Assembly: GCA_002189035.1 (NCBI GenBank)
Contig: CM007991.1
Coordinates: 4,464,001-4,528,000 of the forward strand
Reading direction: 5' to 3'
Length of the DNA stretch: 64,000 bases
From: Utricularia gibba
Lineage: Eukaryota; Plantae; Magnoliophyta
Shown here: one piece after another, positions 13,929 to 27,700 of the stretch
Layout: each line of letters opens with the position of its first letter
Numbering within the stretch: position 1 is the first letter of the stretch
Translations under genes and position numbers: made by a program
The notes under the pieces: generated by a model
What the model saw: only the letters and a program-made list of their open reading frames with translations
Databases searched by the model: none
Told to the model about the DNA's origin: nothing

Positions 13929-14459
13929 TGATGGGGTACAAATCGGATGCGGTTAATTGGTCCCTAGAAAGGTGCCAAAAGGTGCTTTGATGGGATAGCA
14001 CAAGGCGACAGATCGATAATTGTCAGAATCTGTCAGCAACGGCTATGTTGCATAGTCTGAAAAGTGGCCGGATTACGGCAAAGTAGGCGGCAGTTATCCT
14101 AAAAGTAGGACCACAGTACAGGCGCATAAAGCAACCGACATCTACATAATTCAGGATTCGTTCAGATCGACCCCTCCTATAACTCTGAGAAATTCTGAAG
14201 AGAAAAAGAATTGAACTCTAAGCCCTTCTACTTGTATTTCTTTTCCGTCTCCGTCTAGTGAAGGATATTTCCAACGAGCTCCGACAGCTCTGTGGCTTTT
14301 CCGTCTCCCCATGGTTTCCACGTAAAAACCTCTGTCTATCTTCATTCTTATTATTCATACCAAGTAAAATACCAAAGCCACAACCGGGCACAGCACGTCC
14401 GGCCGTACCCATAACCTGAAAATCGGTTCTCACTCGGATACTGATTTTCGTCCTCAACA
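13929..14459 (+). mobile_element. Solo LTR, family B, 531 bp
   Basis: TGATGGGG...CTCAACA; TSD TTGGC/TTGAC (4/5); homologous to 28546-29034 and to the split copy at 44992/48397. Confidence 0.9.
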
Positions 14460-14479
14460 TTGACTATATTAAAAAAATG

Positions 14480-15900
14480 CCTTAGAGCATATAAGAGTGG
14501 TGCAGGTTAAGGTTTAGATTTTAATCTTGATTTCTATGCATTTGCTGCTTGTTTTATCATAGCTCGGATAGACCTAAGAGTGAGAGCAAGCAATAGCACA
14601 ACTTAGGAACTCAACTTAGAGGTAGATCAAAGAATTAATTAGAGCATATTATGGGCTATTTTTGTGTAGAACTAGGTAAACTAGGTTCTATTTACTTAAT
14701 AAGTGATGACACATAGCATTCTATAGTTTTAAACCAGAAAAAGTTGTGTTATCTCATAAACATAAGAGTTCATTGAGTAATTTTGACATATGTTGCAATT
14801 AGTGGTACATTTTTAATATTTCATTCCAAATTGAAACTAAATTCTTAATTTAGCCTCAATCTTAATCTAATCTTTTCCATCAGAGTTGTGCAACACATTT
14901 TCAACAAGTCAAATCCCAGAGAATTGAAAGTGCACAGGAAAAGAGTAGAAAGATGAAGACAAAAAGTGGGTTAAAGGCCAAAAAAAGAGTAAGGACAAAT
15001 TATCAAATCCCAAGATGTCAAAGATAAGATCTTTGGAGAGAGAAAAATATCTAAGTTTTTGAGAAGGGAATCTGGAAAAAAATCACAAAAGAATAATAGA
15101 AATGAAAAAGACGAAAAAATGAAGAACTTAATTGAACTTAAAGACATTCTATCACGAACACTACTATCCAAGAATAGATCGCAAATACTATTTCAACATT
15201 TTATTGGAAACTATTTCGATTTCATACTACTATTTTTTTTTTGTCAAGTTGATACATGAATATATTGATGATAATGTTTTATGCTTTAATATGAGTAGTT
15301 AAGTACCAAGTGGTACCTTAGGGTCTAAAAGAAGCGAGCATCATGATTGTTGATTATTAGATCACATGCGTTGGATTATCACACTAATTTCTTATCAAAC
15401 CAGAATAGGTATTGAAAGGAAAAATAGTGATATATTCATTACAAGACAAACCTAATTAGAAATAAAACAAAGATTAGAGAAAGATAAATGTTTAGGTAGA
15501 CTTAAACTTTTGTTTTGTTTGATTAATGATTTTCTTAGTTTGAGTAGAATGATGATATGATGATCCTGCCATTTTTGTAAGTTTCAAGGTATCATACTAG
15601 CTTGTTTTAGACAAAAATATGATTTTCTTATTTATTTCTTTACTACATTTTATGATAGAATTGTATTAATCCAAGTTTAGACTTATTCTTTTATTGTGAC
15701 AAAAATAGAATGTTAATACTCCATATGAAAGCTTTATCTTCCTCGTGTTCGATCCTAATCCATTATACTCATATTTGTACAATGATTTGTGAATTTCCCG
15801 TTTATCAATAAGTAGCTAGACCTATGTGTCAAATGAATAAGAAACCAGGAAGTATTGTGGCTGAAAATAAGGTAAATGACCTACATAGACTTACATATTT
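14480..15900. mobile_element. Heavily decayed LTR fragments
   Basis: Athila-like LTR motifs (gagtgagagcaag...ttagaggtagatc; tcctcgtgttcgatcc); no termini defined. Confidence 0.3.
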
Positions 15901-17539
15901 TGAAGTTGTAAATGTATGAAATTGAGAGGTAAAACTTAGAATTTGTTTACTACACCATCTGAGTACCTCAAGACATCACATTTCTCTTTGTATAAAAATC
16001 CAAGTTTATTTATTTTCTACATTTTTATTTGATCTGAATTATCGGTTTCATATTAGTTTGACCTCTGTCTAATAAAGAAGTCATTATGTGATCATATATC
16101 TAGTATAATATATAGCAATTATTTATTACTCGTAATCGACTCCAAAATTTACTGTGCAATTTGTTTGGAACTTATATTTTATAAAGATCATGTTCTGTAA
16201 ATTCATCTGACATGAAGTTTTTTTTCTTTACAACAACAGTAAATTTTCATTAATCATCAAACCTATTAGACGATGCAATTTATAAATTAATAATGGATAC
16301 AAATGAGATTAACTAATATATTTGATATTTTAACTTGACACAAGTACGTAGTTAAGTGTACTGAAAACTTTGAAATTGTATGAGGTATATGTCAACTAAC
16401 TTATACGGTTAGACTAAGATATATTTTACTTCATTTTATCTTAAAAAATAAAAAAATCACTCGTCAGGGCGCTAATTGGGTGGGTCAAACCCATTCGACC
16501 TGCCCAAGTATATTCCCGCAAGGGGAAAAATACGTTTTGAAGATAACGTTCCAAAGATTACTTCTAATTAGATGCACACGTTTTCGAAAATAGTTTTGTG
16601 GTACAAACGTTTTAGTTTTTATTCAAATTCAGTACAAACGTTTCAAAATATATCATTTTGGTACAAACATTAAATATTATATTATATTTCAAATATAAAT
16701 GTTTTTAAAACATTATTTAAATACATACGTTGTTTAAAATGTACAAACGTTTTTTCACACATACTTTTTTATACATACGTTTATTGTAAACTATGATTTT
16801 GAGCAAAATATATTAAAAATATTTAATATATTATAATATATATTAAAATTAATAAAAAAAATATAATTTATGTGTCTTTCAAATTTTCATGTTTTCTAAC
16901 TCATTAATTTTCGATTCGAATAAATTTTTAATTAAATCTCAATTTAATTTACTTCATTATATGAATTTGATTATTATATTATATTTATATTTATAAGTTT
17001 TTCAAAATTTATAACAATATCCTAAAACTTTTTCTAATAATTAAAAATATCTAAATAATATATTAATATTATAAGTAATATAATTGTAAATATATATTCC
17101 AACATTTAATAATTTGAGTCCATCATAATAACCTTGTGCATTTTAAATATTCCTATTGATTTGGATAGGATGAAACCTAAATATTAGATATTTAAACATT
17201 TTTTGGAATCATTGAAATATTTAAATATCATATTATCTATTAAAGTAAACTAAACGATAAGAATACCAATAAAAAAAACAACGATATAGCTATTGAAGTT
17301 TGAGAATCACCTATATCAAATTAACCAGTTCATCCCCACATGCTATACGTATTTGATTTTAGGGGAATCATTGACGTCCACCCATCATCACAATTGGCAA
17401 TCCACAAGTTGGAGCGAACTGTAATACATCATAACTCGTATACCAACTTCTTGTAAGCTACAAAATGACGAAAGTTAGTAGTATTCCACATATTGTATTT
17501 AACAACTTTGAATGGTTAGAGGCTTACAATTGATGGATA

Positions 17540-18480
17540 CTCAGAATGAAAGAAAACTGGTGGTGCATTCTGCATGAGGAGCCTCACCGAATATAAAGCA
17601 TATAACCCTCATTCAGTTGGTCCAGTTTGTAGTGGAACCAATAAAAACAATAACTTTAAAAATCAATTTTCTATAAGTGTTTGTACTATGTTATTTATTG
17701 AGGTTGCATTGTGTGTACCTCAGGAAAGCGAATAGGCACAGAATCCAACTCATTAACATCGAAAGAAGGTGCCGCATACCCTAGCATATATTTCAGACAC
17801 CTACAAAAGTAAAGTAGTGATTTAGTCATATCTAATTTATTGATTAATCTGGTATAATAATTTTTAGTACCTATACAAATCTTCTTTCGCTGGACATAAT
17901 GCATCTCCTGACCCAAAGAATCTAAGACAATGATTCTTCTATTGCGAGCATCTCCGAAGTTATAGCATACTGTCACCACCCAATGACCTATAGTTGTAGA
18001 AGATAATAGGTTAAACACATTGTATATAATATTCAAATATAAAGCAAAGTGTAGCTTAACGATAAACAATAGGCCACACCACGTATGGGCAAGTAAGGAA
18101 GGCTGGTCGATGGGGAAATATTCTACGAACTCTCTCCTCATTACCAATCCACTCATTGAAATATAGAGGGTCAATGAAATCAAAAATATCCAGTCGCTCT
18201 TCTGGAATCTCACCTCTAATATGACGTAACACTTCTGTAAAATCATAATCACTAAGAATTCCATACTTACGAAAGCCAGGAAGACGCTTCTTCTTCTTGC
18301 AATCCTTCGTCTTTTGTTTCGATACACCATCGTTCACAATAGTGGAATTGTAAGATGAAAAAATGACATTTTGGACATTGACAAACCACTATCCTGCCAT
18401 TGTAGGGGGGTAAGAACTCTCCCCACTCAAAGTCTTCTCTTATTTCACTTGTGGACTTTGATTTCAACAAACTAAACACA
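17540..18480 (-). pseudogene. Ulp1-like (C48) cysteine protease captured in the MULE
   Basis: FIDPLYF...VVWPIV, GHWVV (His), IIVLDSLG (Asp), QTGPTE*GLYAL (catalytic Cys position is TGA at 17609-17611). Confidence 0.75.
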
Positions 18481-18729
18481 TGAGCTCAAGGATGAAACAA
18501 CGATTAAAAAAATCATACATTTTCATCTTTGTTTGGCATGTCTATGTTTCCCTTGGAAGTAGCTGAATTTTGGGGTTGATCAGAGGTGACCTTTGGCTCT
18601 GCTCCTTTGGATGGTTCTTGTGTTCCTTGCTCATTTTCTTCATTTTTTCCACAAGCTTCATTTTCCTATAATAAGGAAACAATAGATCTTGATAACAAAT
18701 AATACCACACCATATGGAACAAACCTATG

Positions 18730-21200
18730 ATCCAATATAGCAGACTACCTTTGTTTTGGAGTTCAGCTCACATGTCCGTGCATTGTGCCCTGTGTATCCA
18801 TATGCACGACAAAATTGAAATTGTCTTGTTCTAGCTTTCTTTTGTTTCTTATGAGGCGATTGTTTTTCATAAGGTGGACTTTTTCGATGCTTCTTGGGCC
18901 TACCACGAGGTGTCGTATGAAATATCGGAGGTAATATGTTGCTCTTGTCCAACATTGGCCATTCCTTAGTATCCGGCATACCTACCAAACAAAAGTTAAA
19001 AAAGTGAAGATAATAATTAACAACAAAAATATTTTTCATGTTCATTACCATGAATTGAGTGAGCGTATGTTTCCCTAAAGTGCATGTCATTATACCAATC
19101 ATGTATGTAATCCCTCAGATTATCACGTTTGGTTCGTATAGCTCGCACCGCATGTTTGCATGGTATACCAGCAGTTTATCAAGTAAGAAAGCAAACATAA
19201 TTGGTGACTAAACATAATCACTTACCAGTTAGTTACCGCATCTGACAAGAACACATGGAGTCCCGGAGGTTAACACAGTAACGATGCAATCCCTTGACCC
19301 ATTCCCAATGCCATTCATCCGTAGATCTGATCTCCACACCAACCTCTGGTGTGGAGTTGTTCTCTATAGTTTGCATGGATGATGGAGAATACCTATATTT
19401 CCATTTGGATGCTTCTGCACGTTGTTTGTTAAATCGGTCGGCAATGGTTCATCTGATCTCTTCTAGCATCCGTAGTATCGGTAATCGCCGTGCATCAAGT
19501 AAGGAGGCATTCCAAGACTCTGAAATGTTATTTGTTAAAGCTTCACATTTGGCATCCTCAGTGAAGTATGCATGCGTCCACCTAGCTGGGTTTATTTTAC
19601 TCAACCTACTATATGCATTGCTGTTCAACCGACCAAGGGCATCCATTTCCATTCTCCAAGTAGCTGGCGTGGATGATGTTGCTCACTTCCAAACTTGAGT
19701 CTTGACAGCATCCGAACGTGCACCTACATTCTCTTGTAGATGTCTAACACAATGCCGCAACTACATAAATCACCATACACTTTAAATCAGTTAAATAAAA
19801 CATATGTTTAATTAACCATACATAGAAAATAAAGTCTTACATGTATTGAAGGTAGTACAATATGCATGGCAAGCTTTAGTCCCGAGGCCCTATATGCCAT
19901 GAATGTGAACTCGTGCATATTATCCTCTATAATACCCAAATCAACCTTAAGAAGGCTTTAAAACCACATCCATGTGTCCTCACTCTTAGTATCCACAACT
20001 GCGTATACTAGTGGTAAAATGTGTTGATCAGCATCAAATATGCATGCACTCAAAATCTGACCACCCCTCTACCTTTAACATGACAACCATCAACACCAAC
20101 AAATGGTCGACAATGCCTCCAACCCGTTTTACAGGCATCCAAACAAATGTCGAGTTTTTCAAATCGTCGATAAGTGTTGCTGATGTCCGGAGGTGAGAGG
20201 ACTAGGTCAATAGTAGTTCCAGAATTGGATAGAACTAATTGTGCACAATACCGACCAATCATCGAATACTCCGTTGCTAGCTTTCCATCACTATCTCCCA
20301 ATACCTTCTTCCGTGCCACATGTGCTTGCATAGGATCCACCCATATGGATGTTGTTAAGTTCATGTGATGCCTAAAATCACGTGTGGTGATGTCTGGCTC
20401 ACCTAATAACTTATCCTCAAAGAGTATCACTAGATGTTTGGGTTTTAAATACTTATTTTCAGTCAACTCCTTGTCACATGAACTACAGTGCTCACTATGA
20501 TACTTAGATACTTGCCAATCTCGATCTGGATGGGGACCTGAGATGGTTACACCCCAACTACACCTTTCGTCCCGACCCCCTTCACACACAACATAGATGT
20601 AAATGTTGTCATTCCTCTTAAATTTCCACTGAATTTGTTCCTGAATACAATAAGCAACGATGGCATCCCGTGCTTCTATTTTGCTACCAAATAATATTTC
20701 TTCCCTACATCGTAATAAAAAGACTTTTATGAATAATAAATTGAAACCTCAGATAAATACACATAGGAACCAACTCATACGCATTATAAGTAAAATTCAT
20801 AATAATTATAAACATAACATATACCAATTACATCTAGAAATTAGATGCAAAGAATTATTGATACTCAAAGAAATAATTAGAGATTAACCCCATCTTTTAC
20901 CTAACTATTATTAATATAAAAAAATAGTCTAGGATTTACCTAATATTTAATCCTTTCCATCTTTTTTTCAAGTTATAATATATAATTTCTTCATTCTTAT
21001 GATCATATAACTCAATGTCTTGAGTTGCAGCCTCATGTGCTTGAAGTATGCATTCTTCCTTCCACTCAATTTTAGACATCGGTTCAACATCGAATGAGCA
21101 CAAAGGTTGCAACCCACTAGATTCATATTGAAACTCCTCCTTCGAATAAACGCATGATTCCGTAGTATCCGAATCACTCATAGTTAGAACCTGTGGCACC
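18730..21200 (-). pseudogene. MuDR/MURA-type transposase, disrupted
   Basis: RPFVGVDGCHVKG, TNNISESWNASLLDARRLPILRMLEEIR, SWIM (YCVNLRDSMCSC) and CCHC knuckle (CRAYGYTGHNARTC); frameshifts and stops. Confidence 0.9.
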
Positions 21201-22200
21201 AAATCAATTGAAAAGCTACAACAAATTAAATTAATACAATTCTACATCTGTCCAATAAACTTACGATTCAAAGAAGAATGATATAATAAGATGAATCTAA
21301 AATTACGAGCAATAAAACCCGGAATCTGAGAACACCGACTCACAGTCAAGAGGGCGATGAGCTACTAAACAAGGATGATCGTGATGGGTCAAGAGGGCGA
21401 CGGGTCAACAATCAGGGTGGCTTGTGGTGGATTGTGATGGCTAACAAAAATCATAGGATTTCATCATGGTGACTAGCAATAGCTGAACCCTAATTACATT
21501 GCATTTCTCAATTTGGGAATGAGCCAGCTAAATATATATACTGAAATAAAAGCCTATTAGTAAACGCTTGTTCTCATAATGTAGGTGTTAAAAGATATGT
21601 TTTTATTTAAAAGATAAATTACAAACATGCATATCAAAAAAATTTCCAAAAAACGTTGGTATTGAAGATATACTATTTTTCAAAACATTAGTTTCAAAAT
21701 AAAAATTTTGAAAACGTTCGTATGTAAAATCTATAAAATTAGACAACGTATGTACCAAAAATCACATTATACAAACGTTAGTATAGAATTGTATGTTTTT
21801 TGTCAAACGTTTGCATTGAAACATAACGTAGCCCTATTTCGCAAGCCTGGGGTAAATTCAACGGCCTCATTACGTGGCGCTTAATAGTTGGTTCAACTAG
21901 GTTAATAGAAAATACTTCTGTTCCAACTTCCCATTCACGGTAATGGTTGGGATACTGGCTGTTGAAGCACAGGGACAGGGGAGTACAAATACCCGTGCCC
22001 TGGCGAGCTACAGTCATGGAAAGGGGTGGTGAACAGAAGACCTTCTTTCTGTTTTGTTTCTCTAGATAAAGCGCTTATGGATAGCAGCACTGCAGTTCCA
22101 AGATGCGGGCTCTGTAATCTGCGGTTCGCGTAACCGAGCAAAAGTAGATATATACTTCTGCCGAAACCTCCCCAATCCGCATCTTATCCATCCGAATGCC

Positions 22201-22780
22201 TCACAGATACTTCCAAGCTGCAATCAAAGATGGACGAAAAGCGTGTGAATAGCAGCATTAAGTCATTTCTCACTCGAGTGATTTGATCAAGATGTGTGGA
22301 CAAAAACTTCAGGGACTTGGATTTGAAGAGGGAAGATTTGAACGCCAGGAGCCGGTGATAAAAAATCAGAAATAATATGTGATTCTTACAAGCGATATTC
22401 TCGGTGGGTGGAGGAAGCCAAGGGCAATTGTGAAACATAATAGCCTTCCAGATCATGGAGAAACTGGAAATAATTCCCACCAAGCAGAGGAGCACGAGGA
22501 ATCCTAGAACCCAGGGCATCAGCAGAAAGCCAAGAAAAAAAGTAACTGATCCACCGAGCATCAGTGCAAGGGAAGTCCCCATCAGCAGAGAAGCGAATCC
22601 CGACGGAGTAATCTGATCGAACGACGGCCCCTGTCTTCTCTGGCCCTGGTTCCCGGAATCTCCATCGGAAAGCGCAGTCGACTGGGATGAGGATTGTATC
22701 ATATTCAAAACTAGAACAGCTAGATCATACAACACCTTGGAGTAATACTCCTGTTGATTCTGCGGCTGCTGCGTCATCAT
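22201..22780 (-). CDS. Plant uncharacterised transmembrane protein, about 135 aa
   Basis: Exons 22780-22390 and 22217-22201 (GT-AG, phase 1) give MMTQQ...YSKVLYDL...QITPSGFASLLMGTSLALMLGGSVTFFLGFLLMPWVLG...ENIA/SWKYL*; two hydrophobic segments. Confidence 0.85.
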
Positions 22781-23759
22781 CTTTTTCACCAAAAAAAAAA
22801 AGTTTTCTTCTGGGGTTTCAATATGAGTTAGTAGAAGAAACGTCGAATGCGGAATCGAGGAAGTTAGTTCCTACAGACGTCAATTATATAGAACCCCATC
22901 AACAAGTAAACTAACAATACAAGACGCCCCGGATAAACAATAGATTGGAAAACAGAACCCAGAGGGATTTGGAATACAAAATTATCCCAGTACTCTATGA
23001 TCTCGGGATTGTGGAACCCTAATCACAGATTTGACGAAAAAGAGAAAAAACAAAAGAAAAGCAGTCTGTTTCTTCCGCCGTTGGTGGGCTTCGTTGTCAA
23101 ACTTTTTGACCTCGAGGCCATCGGTAGGGGGGTACCGGTAGGTATGACACGTGGATATGTCGTGTGCTTTAGGACAACATTCCGTGGGCCCGGAGGAAAC
23201 TTACTTTTGTATTTTCTTTTGAATAAATGAATAGCAAATTTCCATTTTCAGCACAATTGGCTCGGTTATCATTATTTTATTGTTTTTCTTATTGCCGTTG
23301 TCCCATTGCAGAAATGATCTGTTGGGTAGTTTCAGCGTGCACGTTACCTCAGTTGATTGGACCATGAAACCTGCAAAAGCCCCAAGACAAGTGGGGTCCG
23401 AACATCGTGAGTAGGTTTTCGAATGGGCTCTTTGGTTTTTCAAATTCAGTGATGCCATCTGAATCTCCTTCCCCTGTTTCTTGTTTTTCTATTTTATAGT
23501 CCCCTAAAGATGCTTCCTTCTGCATCTTTTCTAGTTCAAAACAACAGTTACCAGATGCCTCGGCATCTGTGTTTGTAAGGCATCAGCAGAAATCATGTCG
23601 AAACACAATAAGAGACATATGGTAACTGTACAACACACCGCACGCAGCATAGAAACGGAGTATGAGGGCCTTGATGGTTAAGGGGCAATGACAGCAACAA
23701 TACAAGTTAGAAAGGCAATCCGACAATCAGTACTTGAGGAGGAATGCACTGGCCTCCAT

Positions 23760-24744
23760 CTACTTCCACAGGAAAGGAAATTTTTTATGAGATATCCCTG
23801 AAGACGAGCCTTCCCCACTGTGAAACAAGCCATTATATTGAGAAGAAAAGGAAGTAAAAGGCCTGCCGTCTTGATCAACAGGGGTGAACCGTGCGTCTGT
23901 GTGCGATGATTCCTGGTGAACCGTGCGGTTCAAGCTCAACTCCTCTGTCGCTTCAGGAGCCAATGACAGAAGAGAGAGAGCACGATCAGAGTTGGCGACA
24001 CGATGATTCAGTCCCTCGGAAAAGAATCTCAGTTCAGTAATGGAGGTGTCATGGAAGTGGGGTTCATGAGATGAGAAGTTGAGAAATGTCTCTGGTTTCT
24101 CGATGTAGCGTATTGGCTGGTGCTGATGGAGCCGGCATAGCTCATTTTCAGTTTCCGATTTCACCATTCCGGGGCACGCCGAGTAAGGCACAACCGAAGC
24201 TGGCAACATTTGTGGGCCATCAAATGATAAGATTGTTGCCCCTGATATAGCAGACTGATTGGGGAAGAGGAAGCTGGCGTTCTGGGACAGAGGTTCCGAA
24301 TGCGGCTTCCTTCGCCTGCGGTTGTGGCCATCTAGTCGTTTTCGACAGCTCCGCTTCCCGTCGTCGAACTCCCCTAATGAGTGAAACCTGCAGCAGAAAA
24401 TATAACTGCATGTCACGAAAATCTAAACTGTAAAATGAGCATTCAGGTAGCATCATGAGAGTATTTAAAGTCTAAAGCTACAATTAACACTGCTAGGCTA
24501 AGAGGTTAGGATGAAGGAAACCAATTATATACCTGCTGCATTGCTGACAAAACCGCTGCTCTTGTCCTCTGATAGTAACGCAAGCAGCCTTTGAATGAAC
24601 TTCACATACCTTATGTCGACGGTGATAGTCTCTGCAGAGGCTCAAATCGGCATCACAACCATCTACCAGGCAATGAGCAACTTGGTTGCTTTTGCTGGAG
24701 GCCTTAGCGCGTTTCGACAAACCCGAAGAAGATGATGATTCCAT
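23760..24744 (-). CDS. SPL13: SQUAMOSA promoter-binding-like (SBP-box) transcription factor, SPL13/TGA1-like, about 279 aa
   Basis: Exons 24744-24533 and 24387-23760; complete SBP domain CLVDGC...[11 protein letters not shown]...[10 protein letters not shown]...[18 protein letters not shown]; N-terminus [15 protein letters not shown]; miR156 site. Ortholog assignment is tentative. Confidence 0.93.
23964..23983 (-). promoter_or_regulatory. miR156/157 target site in the SPL CDS
   Basis: GTGCTCTCTCTCTTCTGTCA, within the ALSLLS-coding segment. Confidence 0.95.
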
Positions 24745-27700
24745 GCCAAGACGCTTTGGATCCCTTAAACCTTCCTTCAAAATAGTATTGTCAGAAGAAC
24801 CTCCCAGGGAAAATCACCACAAGGCATATACTTGAGAAGAATAAGTCTGCAGAATAAACCATTACTCAATTGCACTCACACTCAATAACAAAATGTAGGG
24901 CAAACAACACAGTGTGAATAAAAGTTGAATGCCAATAACGGATGGAAAGTTTTTACAGGTTGCAAAGAGAAGATGGTCCCTCTACGACAACAATTATTGA
25001 AGATCGCCCCTCTTTATACAGAAAACGAAATATTCCACTCAAAAGATCCCAAATATTCACAAATCTTCCTCCCTTCCATCAACGAACAACTACAGGATTT
25101 GATTAGAAACTCCAAAAACGATTTGTGGGAGTTCCCCAACGATACCCAGTTGCTAAAGAATGAATAAAAATTTCAACAAGGGTATCCAGAATTCCCAAAA
25201 ATAAATGTATCTCCGCCTGCGGTTCAACTCGAAGCATCTTCATGCTTTGAACTGCTGCAGTAAATGAGGAGCCAAAAAAAGCCAGAGTGTTGGGGATGTA
25301 CCTGTGAGTTTCATGGCCAAAAGCGTGGCACTAAGAGGAAGAGTTAATTTAAAAAGTACCCACTGTATTTTTACTGTGTGATAAAAGTACCCATCCTATG
25401 TTGAAAAAAATAGCTTTGGTGTGTGTGAGAGAGTGTGACAGTAGGTACTTTAATAAAAGACCCCACTAAGGAAAGCTGAAGGGCTGAACCAGTCCTGAAC
25501 TTTAAAGAAAAGTCTGACTTGAGATTCTCTGCCATTGGTTCTCTGAGAATGGAACCCCATCATGGTATGGGCACCTTAGAAAAACTATGAAAAGTGCCGT
25601 GTGAAAAGGAGAGGAAGTGACGTATGTTTTCAAACCGAAATTCCGAATCCGGCCGGTTCATTGTCCGTCCGGTCGGACAGAATGATCCAACCATATTTGA
25701 ATCCACACCGCAAGTATATTATTATAACATTGACTAAAGAGTAAAAACTACTAAACTAGCATCTATATATACGGAGTAAGTTAAAATGAAATCTATGCTT
25801 CATGGTGTTAATATAGCACGCTGCACATCAATCAATACGGAACTAAGTGAATATGCATTACGTTACTACTTTGATACAATAGTAATAAAGTATAAAAATT
25901 TAATATGTTATTATAAAATTAAATAACAAAATATTTTATAAATTTATAATTCCCTAATGCAATGACTCATATGCCAAAGTAATTTCACAAGTTTAAGAAG
26001 TTAAAATCCATATCTCTATAAAAAAAATATTTTTCCATCTCTACCACATGAAATGAGATTATTATTGTTTGAAGAATTGTTAAAGACTCCATTGCTACCG
26101 AATAAGAGACGATGAAGAAGATAAATGGAAACCCTAGCAAATAAGTGGTGGTGGAAAAGAAAAACAAGAAATTCTGTATATGATCACATTATAACTTCAT
26201 AAAAATAATGATCACAACTAAATAAGTGTACAAATGTTTGTCGTCATTGCACTTTTGTCCTAATCGTGTAAGCATGGTGTACATAATCATGGATCGCAAA
26301 CAATGCAACACAGTGTGACTATTATGTCTTCCATCTTCTAATTTCAGCTTGCATGCCCCCTTTTTTCAACATTTAGAGCATGTTTAAGTATGCATTTTTT
26401 TTCATTACATTCTCATTATGTAAGATAAGAATGCAAAAAAAACAACAACAAAACATCATTACTTTTTCGTTTTGCATTCTAACAAAATACAAATTCTCAT
26501 TTTAAAAAAATATGCTGAAACCCAAAATGCATGTAATACTCATTTTTCACTCTCATTCTCATTTTTCTAACATATTTTACAAAAATACCCCTGAAAAGAA
26601 TGCAAATTTTTATCCAAAAATCTATTTGCACTCATTAACCGGCCGAAGAGAAGAATAATCCTATGCGAGCCAATCTAAAGAACCCAGAGATTAGAGGAGA
26701 AAAAAAGTAGGAATATCTCCCAACTCACGAGGAAATGAGTGAAATACTCTACTTTTTTAAAAACATTTTCATATTACCCTACTTTTTAAATTTATTATTT
26801 TACCTGAGTTTTTAAATAGAATTAGTAATATACCTTATCTTTTGTCATTATTTTTATATTAACTCAATTAAAAGATTAAATGGGTAAATACCTCAACCTT
26901 TTCATTTATATTAACTTTATACAAACTTTGTAATATTAACAAAAATAGAGTTATTTTTTCATTTTATCTTATCTTTATAATTTTTTATATATTTTAGTTT
27001 TAATAAATTTATTGGATACATTTTTTTGATATATTAATATTATTAAAAATATAATTTATTTTCAGAATTTAAGATTTCAATTGAAGGTTTAAATTAAGTA
27101 TTTATACTTTAGTAATAGTATACTATTAGTTTTTCGAAATTCATGATTATATTTTATAATTTAGTGATTTATGAAAAATATAGTTTATTTTCAGACTTTA
27201 TACTTTCAATTGAAGATTTAAATTCAGTATTTATATTTTAGTTATAATATAATATTAAGTTTTCGAAATTTTAGAGATTAAAATAAAGGTAAATAAATTT
27301 TATTATTATGATTTAGTTAGTTTAAGGTTATCATATCAGATTTTAAGGTTTTAATTCAAGAATATGATTTAGATTATTTAACTTTATAATTTTAAATTTA
27401 ATTTTAGAATTTAAAGTTTAAAGATGAAAATAAAGATAAATTTCTAATATAGATGAGCATTAAAAATAAATTATTAATAAAAATGTAAACAAAGGTAAAA
27501 TACAAAGAAAAAGAATAACTAAGGTAAAATGCCAATAAAAAATGTTAAAAAGGGTAAAAAAAATGAATTAAAGTATAAAAGGTAAATGAATAATAAATAT
27601 GTTCTGACAAGGGTATTTAAAAAAATCGTTTTTTAGCATTTAGGGTTTTTTTAATTTATAAAAATATTAAAATTTATTATGGAAACGACATGCATCACTC

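Larger units (their letters stand above)
16522..21834 (-). mobile_element. Mutator-like element (MULE) with transposase and Ulp1 protease
   Basis: Long imperfect TIRs starting GGG and rich in TACAAACGTT subrepeats (about 16522-16800 and 21560-21834); flanks TATTCCCGCAA / TATTTCGCAA fit a degenerate ~10-bp TSD; internal MuDR transposase. Confidence 0.8.
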
